Of a DNA stretch of 64,000 nucleotides, positions 52,506 through 64,000 are shown in pieces. The stretch is from the human T2T-CHM13v2.0 reference genome, Homo sapiens. The notes below the pieces were generated by a model. It had not been told where the DNA came from, ran no database searches, and was given only the letters and a program-made list of their open reading frames with translations. Each line of letters starts with the position of its first letter. Within the stretch, counting starts at the first letter, position 1. The position numbers were made by a program, and so were the translations under genes. The stretch is from assembly GCF_009914755.1 (NCBI RefSeq), contig NC_060934.1; one strand, 5' to 3'.

Positions 52506-55500
52506 AAGGGCCAACGAGTCCTCATAACATTTTGATTTGCAGTCACAAAGACCTCAGGTGAATCCAGCTGGAGCGAGATACCTTTTTGCACCATCCCCTA
52601 TACATGACTCTTTAGGTTCATCCATAAACCAAGTGGGAGGCAGTAGGGTGTGGTGCAATATGTGAATTCTAGTCTTGATTCTACCACAAGCTGTCTGTGA
52701 GACCTTGAAAGAGTCATTTAACTTCTCTGGGCCTTAGTTTGCTCATGTTGCCTCATGTCAGTCAGTCAACAATTAGGATTTCATAAGTAGTTGTTTCTTG
52801 TTCTGCAGTTGATCTTGATTAGCTTTTAAATCATGCAAATGACACACTCATCCAATGGCTTCTTTATTCTTATTCAACTGGCTTTAGAAAATGCATTTGG
52901 TGAAAACTATGCTTCACTTACTTGGGAGAGGGATGAGAAATTGCTTTGTTAAGGTTACGTGAAGATGGATTCCTATGGTACATGTCCAGAAAGATAGGTT
53001 TTCAAGCCCAGGTATATCTCCCACTTAACTCAGAAACACTTTTCAAATATGGACTCAGGTTCCCAAGCCTTAGAGTCTTGCATGGCGAGCCCAGTGTGTA
53101 ATAGAGCCTTGCAGTCATTGAGCAGCTACTTTTTGCAAACATGCTGATGCGAGCAAATGCACACAAGATATGATTGATGAAGATGGCTGCTGAAAGCCGT
53201 GCCTACAATTCTTGTGATGTCTCTTAACGGTAAGTCACTCTTTTCCATCTTTGTTCCTCCTTTCTCCTCAAATTATGATCAAAACAAATTTTGCTCACAC
53301 TTCTTTGGATGGCTTTATGCCTTCTAGCCTCTTATTCCTTTTGCCTAGACCTCCTTTCTTCACATATTAAAGTCATACTTGCTTCTCAAGTTCCAACTCA
53401 AATGCTGCTCTTCCACTAAGCATTCATTCATTAAACTAGTATTTACTGTGTGTCTAATATGTGCAAGGCTCTCTGCTAGGCCATTTCCAGTTCACTTCGT
53501 CAACCAATCCTGAGATCATTATGAAAATGGAATAATACTATTAACAATCATAACAGCCAACACATGTGGCACTTACTGTTTTGTGCTTTATACTAATATA
53601 TGTTGTAATATTTTCTTGAGAAGAAAATGGTACAGAATTACAGGCTGGTACAAGTTCTTGATCTTGTTACTGGTTGATGCTCTGCATAGCACGGCTCTAG
53701 CCACACCAGCTTCTTCTTTCTGTTTCTCAAAAAATGTCAAGGGCCTTCTTTTCTCATCCTGTCTCATTTGTACTTATTGGCAGAGGGCTGCCAGGGAAGC
53801 TCCATCTCAGCTTCCAAATGTCACGCTCTCTATGCCTTCTTTGCATACCCTCTCTAGAGTATCTTGATTCCCCCCAATTATTCCGTCACATCACCATTTT
53901 TATTACCTTCATAGCATCTGCCACTATAATTACCTTGTTTATTTGTACACTTGTTTATTGTCCTTCTTATTCATTGCTGTATCCATAGCATTTAGCACAA
54001 GGCCTGGCACTAGTAGTCATGCAAACATTTATTGAATAAATAAATGAGGGATGAAGGGAAGCACAAATAAGTATAGCTTTGGATCAGTATCTTGTGAATG
54101 CTGTGAATGTCAAGGAAAACCACTCACATCTTCAGTGACTCACTGTAAGGTATCAAAACTTCAGTTTGCCTTTGAGGGTTGCTGTGCTTCCACCCCCAGT
54201 GAAGTCTTGCTGAGAAGAGCTTTATAACAACTCCCCCACCACAGTATTTCATGAGACTTCTGTTACTGTCAGGTGTCATCATAGTGTTTTTCCATTTTGT
54301 GCCAAGGACATGTGATGGGAAGGTTGTTAAAGTCATCTGGTATGTGTCATGGCATCAGATCTTTAGATGACTCTTTGAATCACCCAAGTACGCACAGCCT
54401 CTGCTAAATTGGTGTTAGAAAAATGAGCCATCTTTCTGGCTGAAATGAAAATCTTCCTGGTTAAACAATAACAGAAAAGAACTGTTCAGGCAGCCTGAGT
54501 GGCTACGTTCTATAATGGCTGCAACTCTTCTAACCCTAGTGGGGCAAAATGGTAGCTGCAATCTAAACTCTTTTGGCTTTACAATGGTCAAAAATCAAGT
54601 GCCACAGGGCCTTGTGCAAGGCATGATAGAATAGTAGAGACTGTAGAAAACTTGAGAGCACATGCTCCAACCAAAAACAGTGCTTAGTTAGCTCTAACAA
54701 AATACTGCAATGCAGGAATTCAGGCCTAGATTTGTCAGCTCTTCTGATTTTTCAAGAGAAGCTTGGAATCTGCATGAGGGGATGAAAGTGGGACATGGAT
54801 GTATGGTGGGTATGGCTGTAAATCAAATTCAGCTCAAGTGGTATTTATTTAGTTTATACTGTGTCCAAGTCACCGCTCTAGACATATGTATGTATCAGGA
54901 ATAAAAAGGAATAAGAGCTGAGACCCATGGACTCAAAAAAGCTTTATTCTAGTCATAAAACCAAGATATGTTCTGAAATAAATACAACGTAAGACTATAT
55001 GGGGAGCACTATGTATTACATAAGTTAACATACTGTATTTTTTAGATCAGCTGAACTAAGGAATATGCTTAGTAATGCAGTCAATTTACATTCTGGCTCA
55101 GGTTTCTTGTCTCATTGCAGACAGGTAACAAGGGCTTCTCAGACTAAGCCCAGTCCATGGGCTACACTTTATCACTGGTCTAAAGTGTAATGAGAGAAAG
55201 AGATAAGGTGGCATGAGATGTGGTTATACAGGTAGGCAGGGAACCATACAAAGCCCAAATGGACTGGTGAAGTCTTCACTAAGAAGGCAATAAAATGTGA
55301 GTAAAAAAGCTTAAGTGACTCCTTGAGATCCTTAGAGTTCCAGGGTTTGAAATGGCGCATAGAGAAAAACCAAGCTGTATTGAGGTGGGGATAAGGGGTA
55401 GTCTGTGAATCCGACTCAGGAGTTATTTGCTTATGCACACTAGTCTCACAGGGTGTGATCAAAAATCATACATTAATAAATTTGTGTAGCATGATCTAAG

Positions 55501-56902
55501 AACGTGTCCATTTTGCAAATGCCAAGAGCTAGTGGCAGAGCTTGAAAACGGTGACCCACAGGCATGTTTCATTTGGCCCATACAATATTCTTAGGGAAAA
55601 AAAATTAGTTGCCAATATTTAGAAAACTTCAAAATCTGGCAGAGCTGGGCTTATATTCCCACAAGGCAGCCTCATTAGAAGAGGAATTTGCTTACCCAAT
55701 ACCCATCAGCCCTTAATGTCTTATACCTGACTTGTATATTAATTGGGGCAGTGGTTATGCCACAGTAACAAATGACTAAAACATCTCTGGCTTACTAGAA
55801 AGGTTTATTTCTTGCTCACATTGCTTATCTATGGTGGGTTGACTGTGGTTCTGCTCCACATCATCTTCACCCCAGCAGCAGAGCAGGGAGCAGTCTCTCT
55901 GGAGCATCACTGGAGTGAGGAAAGGGTACATTAACAAAAATACACTATCTCCTGAAGTATCTGCTGTTATTTCATTGCCCAAAGCAAGTTCCATGGCAAG
56001 GGTGAAGGCATTGGGGCTGGGAAGTGTAATCCACCCTCAGGGAGAGGCAGCTATTATTTATGTACAATAGTCTACAACAACCCCTTTGCTTAGATGACCT
56101 GCCTAGTCTCCACAGACACTTCAGTGTGACCACTCTGGCCTAAGGAACTTGAGAATCTAGTGTTATCATGGCCAGAAGCATGAGGGCTACTCTAAAGCTT
56201 ACAATGCTACAGCTGTCACCACTACATCTGTTTTATTTTATTATTCTTTAGAGCCACATGTTCTTAAATAGGCTAATATTTCATAGGCTTTTCCCTAGAT
56301 ATTCTTTACTTATTTCAGGCTCCACCTGGGCAAGGCACACTATGATAGCAGTGTCAGAAAGCCAGGCTGTGTGATAGCTCTAGCTCCACTCTTCACTGCA
56401 CTTAAGCACTGGCTTCCAGTGGGTGGGGTGTGCGCCCAGACTGAGCTATCAGATGTGTATTGCAGCATAGCTGAAGTCTAAGGCTTTACCATAAAGAACA
56501 GTTAAATGATTAGGCATGTGAAGCTCAACATTACAAACCGTCTGTATACCCAGCTCTGCTCATGGAAATGTGGAAAGCACAAGGCTTGTTGGAGAGCAAG
56601 GGGACTACCAGAGGATGTAGAGTTGAGTGCCACATTGTGAGGTATTCCTTTAGTTTACCAGTTGCCAGTGTGGACTGGCATCGGCAGGGACAGACTCTGT
56701 GAAGTGGTCTGATTTATGTAGGAGTTGACATATGGAAGGAGAACATCGTGCATGAGTTCAAAGTTACAACTGGTTTCACCTAAATTCAGAATCTCTGGAA
56801 GTCAAATGAGCTTATACAGTATTATAGAGTTGGTTAGCTACCTTTAAAATGTTTTTAAAGTTTTCTATTGAAATATTTTTGTCAGGCCTTGAGTCCCACT
56901 TA

Positions 56903-57226
<324 letters not shown>

Positions 57227-59067
57227 GAGAAAGTGCATTGGTTACACTCAGCAGCCACAGGGCTGTTCCTCCCCATTCTACATGTCTTCTCACGTTCTTC
57301 AGCATGCACTCCCTATGATGTGCTGCGGTAGTTTTATTTCCACAAGTAATTCTACAGTTTCCTGTCCTGAGGAGCCCTAATTTAGATTTCACACAGAGGC
57401 TGGTGGTATTCTCCTCACTTTGACGGGAGTGGGTAGGGAACTGATGTATCCTGTGCCTGGGAGAGCACCTGGAAGGTGGTAGGCACTGAGTACATGTTGT
57501 GAAATGAGAAGAATGATTGGAGGGATGCATAGGTTTGGAGAACCACATGATCCATCTTTGTCTTCTCAGTTACATGCTCCTTTATTCCATCCTCCTCTTA
57601 CTGGCATTGAGAGAGACGGGATGAAAATGAGGTAGATATCTGGCTTGCCAGAAAGAAGGATTTTAAACAGAATAGCATTCGTTTGCCTTCTTTTCCTTCC
57701 TCTAATGATATTAAACAGAGATGTGGGATAGAAATGAATAAAGTAAGTTGGATTTTAGAGGAAACAGGGAAAGGAAGAGGAGCTGTGGTGAATGGTGAAA
57801 CACATTTACTCAGCAACACCAAGGTGGAGGCAACCAAACTAACTTTGTTATAGACAGGAAGGTTCATGATGGGTTCTCCACACTCTTGCCTGGTTTCTCA
57901 GTGGCCAGTCAGTGATGAGGATGAGCACCATAGCCCGTGGCCACAGGAAGGATGGCCACTTCAGCAGCATGACTGTGTGCTCTTTGCTCATGAGGTATTG
58001 GAACATCCATACCCCAATTACTAAGGACTCTTTGGCTAAGAAGGAGGTTGTGCAACTGGAATGGACCAGTGGAGGTTGGTGACACAAGTTAGTCCTTGGT
58101 GAATGAAGTCATTAGAATCAAAAGCTGTGCTTTCCTTCAATTTCCAAGTTGGTTGAGCCTGTAAAGAAAATGGTATAGAGTAACATTCCCTATTTACTGC
58201 TCCTTGCCCTCTGATGTTTGCTGACTCATTCATTCTTGCACTCAACAACTATTTCTTGAGCACTCATAAGGTGGCAAGCACCATCCTAGGTACTATAGAT
58301 ATAGCATAGAACAAAACAAAGTCCCTGTCCCCAGGGAGTGTACAGTCTAGTATGAAGACCTGGTGACATACGTCATGTGACAGAACATTTTTGAAAAGCT
58401 GGCAAGCCATCATTCTATCCCAGCTCTCAGAATTATGCCAATGGTTGAATTAGATGACAAAGGAGAAGCGGTAATTGAGGATGTTGGGGGAAATCAGGCA
58501 GGGAGATCACGTTTTTTGGGACATCAGAGTTCCATGGTGGTCCTAGAAAAAAAGTCCTCATAGGTATTGCCTCTGGTGTGCTTCCTGTGGCATTCTAAGG
58601 TGGTTCTTCTCACTGCCTTAGAATCCTCTGAGCATGTTCATCTCAACTTTGCTATGGAACGCTTTTGGAATTGGTGAGGAGTCTCAGGATGTCCAGTTGG
58701 AAATGCAACCCTCAGGGCGTTTTACTCCCTAACTCAGGAAGCACTAGGGGCTGAAGAGTAAAAATTCTTCACTTCATGTTCACCTACTTGTACATATCAT
58801 ATGTAGCTAACAATGAATAAGTGCAGCAGATATAATGGTAAATTTCATTTTGCTCTATTTTTGAACTATCTGCATTTCATTCTATTAAAGAAATGAAAGC
58901 TGTTGGGCTTGTTACTAAGGATACTTATCAGAATCCGCTCTATTATTTAATTTTTGTATTGCTACATGTTTAGCCAGGTAACCGTGTAAAGAAATTACAC
59001 CACTGCCTTCCACCTCTTATTAAAAGAACTCTTGAAAAGTTTGGTTCAAATCTCAATCTTGTAAATG

Positions 59068-59073
59068 TTTACT
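59068..59073 (-). terminator. Candidate distal polyadenylation signal AGTAAA (cleavage near 59050)
   Basis: Plus-strand TTTACT is a variant hexamer on minus, with U-rich sequence downstream (CTTTTCAAGAGTTCTTTT). It fits my recollection of a ~3.5 kb last exon. Other AATAAA hexamers exist at 59324-59329 and 60129-60138. Confidence 0.45.
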
Positions 59074-60031
59074 TCTGGACAATTTGATCAATTCATGAAA
59101 CAGAAGCAGTGTGATATGCCTGGGAAATTACACACCTTGTAATATGTCACAGCCTCTTCAAGCAAATCAAGAATACCAAGACTCACTCAGATATGAAGTT
59201 AGTTTTTGGATCACTGGCTTCTTCAGAGAGACTCAGAAGATGCCTTATTATTTTTGTGATTTATTTCTGGGCTTCTCACATATCCCTGTCATACAGCCAA
59301 ACGTGAGCTGATGCTGACAATAGTTTATTGGCCATGGAGAAAATCCTCAGTCTTGATGGAACTCCAGGATGATACCAAATGAACAGCGAGGAACATCAGG
59401 ATGCCAAAAAGTCCTTATTTACAGAGGAAAGGAGGCTAGCTGCTTATGTGTTCAATGAAGTAATAGATGCCTCTTAAAGTATTGAAATAATACTGCATAG
59501 TGTATTGCCATAATTTGGCAATACAGTGATAGCACATTTTAATTTAACAAATTCAATAATTTAGTAAGAATATAAAATGAAAAAAACAGCAAATATCCAG
59601 AACTTCTCAATCATAATTCATTTTTTACAGTAATGTCAATCAATGAAAAGCTTAAATACATATTTATAAGCTGGCAGGCCAAATATTATGTTAGAAATAC
59701 ATAATGTCACATTCAATCTACATATACATGTATAAATATATGCATATACACACATATGCAAGTTAAATCTTGAATGTCATATTTTGGATACTTCTGAGTA
59801 AACTTATGACCTCCTGCTTGATCGGAACCAAAGCATATCACATATACCTAAAGTCAAATTTTTGGGCATATAAACACAACTATTTAATACCTAAACAGGT
59901 ATACATCATTGAGTTTCTGGTTCAGGATAAACACCTTCTCTCAAAGACTGAGTTAGAAATTCGTAACTCTTAGATAGGAAGTTAGGACACCTATATTCTG
60001 ATCCTGGCTTTACAGAGAGGCATTTTGGGAA

Positions 60032-60033
<2 letters not shown>

Positions 60034-60065
<32 letters not shown>

Positions 60066-60067
60066 AA
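60034..60067. repeat. T25A9 homopolymer junction (U9-A25 in the minus-strand mRNA)
   Basis: Direct read. Confidence 0.95.
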
Positions 60068-61171
60068 CCTCTCAAGGGTCTAACTTTACCCATCATAAAA
60101 TAATTTTGGTGCAAGGGTAGTGGCACATTTTATTTATTTGGGATACCATGCAGATGCAACCTAGCCCCATTCTTTATGCAAAGTAGATTATCCGTGCATT
60201 TCTTCTGCATTGATAGTGAATCCTTACTGGGGACAACTCACTCCATTTGGCAACAATCTTTAATGGACAGGCAATATATAACATTGCTGAAAGTCTCTTA
60301 GCACTAATTTAATTTTATAAAAGGATCATTACCATCAAAGAAAGACAGTACCTAATTCATAAAGTAGATATGAGGACTAAGTAAGTAAATGGAATGTGCT
60401 TAGAACAGAGAATAGCATGTAGTGAGCACTCCAGTTTTAGTGATGATGATCACAGTTACTACTATCACTACTACCATATGCTAAGCTGGTAACTAGAATA
60501 AAAGTTAAAACAGCCATGGTCTCTGCCTCAGTAGAATTTAGATTCACGCAGTGTATGGGTTGCAAATTCACAGTCAGGATGTACAAATATAAGAAATGAG
60601 GCTGTGGCAGTGATACCTGTAGACCCCACACCTGGCTGGAGAGGGCAGGGACAACTTGGCTCTAGCAGGTTGTTACCTTCTGGGAATGAGGTCCATTGTT
60701 GCCAAATCTTGCTTTTTAAGAGATGTTAGCAACTTAATTATGTGAAATGTCCCAACTTGTAAGAATGGACAATAAATGTAAATTAATAAAACAAAACAAA
60801 AACAAGCTCTGTGGGCTAAAAGCAACTGCATGTTGATGGTTCCTAGAAGTGCCAGTCAACTTTTTGACATGCTGGCTATAGTATCTCCAATTCTTCACTT
60901 TTCAAGAAGGCCTGAACAGATGTGGGCAAAGCTTACTTGTCAATTAATCTTTAATTCTTGGCTCCCCCATGAAATGCACAGAATTTATAAGCTGGGAGCT
61001 TGCAGGGCACATATGAATGTTAGAGATTATCTCTTCAGTGACCACAGAGGCACAAAGAGGACCAATGGGGTGGATTGGCCAGGACTCATATGACAAGGGA
61101 TTAGACAACTACCTTTTGCCAGAAAACACAAGGAGACTGTAGAGCACAGATAGGTGAAGAGTTTAACACAA

Positions 61172-61177
61172 TTTATT
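61172..61177 (-). terminator. Proximal polyadenylation signal AATAAA (cleavage near 61150-61155)
   Basis: Plus-strand TTTATT at the end of the repeat-free AT-rich UTR block. Minus-strand GU/U-rich sequence follows (TGTGTTTTCTGG). Confidence 0.7.
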
Positions 61178-62818
61178 TTATGCTTAAATAATCGACTAGG
61201 TCATCCAGTGTATGGTTTTTCATACATATGTCATTAGAGCTATGTGTCAATGAATGCTGATTTTATGTGAATATAATCAACAAATTAAAGAATTTCACCA
61301 AAACCCAAATAAAAATGCCCTTTAAAACACAGCAGCCTTATTAACCTAATATGACACTGCTAGAATGGTTACAAATGATTGGCTTACTGAAAGGTGTCTA
61401 CATCTTATAGCCAGTACACAATACAGTAATAATTTTACAGCGTGCTGCCATTCTACTAGCTAAGGATTTCTGTTCAGTCCTTTTTAAATACCCCCGACTG
61501 GGGCCTTTTATGAGCACCATCCACCTCTAAAGCGGCAAGCATTTACCCCCTTTTAAGCACTAACAGATAGCATCCCCCCACCCCCTAAAGCAACTACCGT
61601 ATAGGTTATTTTTTGTTGTTGTTTTTAGGTCATTTCATTGAAAAATTGGCAATAGCAACAAATATTAGATGAAGGGCTTTGTGTTTACAGATAAAATCTT
61701 TTGTGTTGCAGTATACTGTAGTGTTTGCAAAATTGGAAAAGATTTAATCAAAATAAGGTGATACACATGCATCAAAATATTAGTATTCTGAAGAAAAAAA
61801 TTTTTCACAGAACTACAGAATTCCTCATTTTGGGAATTATTTAAATTTGCAGCAGATTTTAAAGATTTGTTTTTTTTTAAAATCAAGCTAGCAGTTTTGC
61901 ATATACAAACATTATAATTGCTAATATACAAGAATCAGTGAAGAGTCACCCCCACCCAGAATCCCTCCCTCCTCTTCTAGGGTGAAGTCACTTGAGACCC
62001 CTATTTGTTAAATGCATTTGCAATATTCTGTTTGTGTTCTAAGAGGCAGTGCCTTATCAACATTTTATTCTATTTTTCTGTTAGAATTTATACAGTGTTA
62101 TTATTTACAGCAAAACTATCGATGTTTTAAAAAAGAAACAAATAGTGTTTATACCCTGACAGTTTGGGTCCAAGAAAAATAAGGCGAGCTGTTGTAGATT
62201 TAGTAATTTTAGTGTTTCTCTGTGATTTGATCATTCCATCTCCTTCTGTCCCTTCTGATGGCAAGAATTTCTTCCTTTTGTAAATGACACCAAATTACTT
62301 GAGATAAACTGTTAACAGCATGGCTTCTTGTATATACACTGCATTGCTAATTGCACACGCGCCAATCCGGAAATGAAAGTGATTTCCATGCTCTGTAAAT
62401 TGGCTCATGCTAAATTAAAATGTGGGTGGTTTTCTTTTCTTTTCTTTTTGCATAAAAAAAATCATGCCATTAATGTGTGGAAGCAGCGAACACACACACA
62501 CTTCTCGGTGAATTTTTACTTCCTGCTGACATTTCTTCCACGAATTTCTCAATACTGGCAGTAAAAACTTATGATCCTGTGGAAAGAGACAGTAGATAGT
62601 GAGTTTAGCTTTCTTTTTCTTTTTCTTTTTTTTTTTTTTTTTTTTTTAAGACAACTAGTGTAAGCCTTACTTGCCATTCAATAGAAAAGTCTTAGGGAAT
62701 AGAGGCCCTCCATTCCCTATGGGGTGGTTTAACATGATGCTGCTACCTGCTAGATGCCTTAGAGGACAAGGCCCTAAGGTGTACTGGAAAGCTCTTAGAA
62801 GGCAGTGAGCTTTTCTAG

Positions 62819-63596
<778 letters not shown>

Positions 63597-64000
63597 GTTT
63601 TAGACTGTGTTGGGAAGACCCTCTTCTAGTTCTGTCTGAAGCTCAGGTTATTCAGCTGCTTGGGGAAGCCATTTGTAGCCCTTTGGGCCTTAGTCTTATC
63701 TGTGAAATGAGGTGGCTGAGAGAGGTAATCTCTGAGACTTCCCTAAATATCAAAATGTAAGAAGTTTGGGACTTCCATGAGCAGAAAGGGCCAGAGATAA
63801 GGAGTCAGGATAGAGCATCTCAGCTATTTCTGAATGCTTTGTAAGTCTCTCACTTCTCCAAAAATTCAACTAATCTTTCAAAAGGAAGAAAAGCGTCATT
63901 ACTTCATTACAATGAAATTTCTTTTCCATAACCAAATTAAAATTAGAGACAAACTTCTACCACTGCAAAGAACTTTCGCTTTTCCTGTCCATGTCAGTCA

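Larger units (their letters stand above)
59050..62576 (-). other. ANK3: Terminal, non-coding (3'UTR) exon of ankyrin-3/ankyrin-G
   Basis: Minus strand reads ctactgtctctttccacAG|GATCATAAGTTTTTACTGCCAGTATTGAGAAATTCGTGG, a good acceptor followed by sequence I recall as the ANK3 3'UTR. 61150-62576 is AT-rich and repeat-free, with poly(A) signals downstream. Gene identity is recalled, not searched; the distal end is approximate. Confidence 0.85.

Noticed and set aside
62049-62056. miR-124 8-mer GTGCCTTA in the 3'UTR
   Set aside because: It is on the plus strand; the mRNA is minus-strand, so it is not a site.
62400-62576. Coding continuation into the last exon (DHKFLLPVLRNSW... or IISFYCQY*)
   Set aside because: Neither matches the ankyrin-G C-terminus as I recall it (stop in the preceding exon). 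The frames run through (GT)n and A/T runs typical of UTR. Use by a rare exon-skipping isoform cannot be excluded from this window.

Overview
Human genomic DNA: it is CpG-poor, holds about 33 Alu copies, and carries a human-specific AluYb-lineage insertion at 289-488. The right end contains the non-coding terminal exon and last-intron end of a minus-strand gene. I recognise it from memory of the mRNA as ANK3 (ankyrin-G, 10q21.2); this was not checked by a search. The splice acceptor is at 62576/62577, with a proximal AATAAA at 61172-61177 and a candidate distal AGTAAA at 59068-59073. The first ~59 kb is intergenic sequence downstream of the gene, toward the CCDC6 side if the assignment is right. 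It is mostly transposon fossils: Alu, L1MA/MB/PA, L2, MIR, MaLR/ERV solo LTRs, MER2 and a near-complete Tigger1. No protein-coding region, RNA gene, CpG island or CRISPR-like array is supported, and the ORF track is almost all Alu/L1/low-complexity noise. I found no novel biological system. The best second-look items are modest: an Alu inserted inverted inside another Alu (near-palindrome), a young 5'-truncated AluYb with 28 nt of unexplained 5' sequence, a ~93%-identical dispersed duplication of a chimeric MIR segment, a six-guest nested transposon stack, a template-switch scar, and an alternative-polyadenylation/miRNA-site layout in the 3'UTR. Repeat subfamily names come from recalled consensus sequences, and boundaries of old repeats are approximate.
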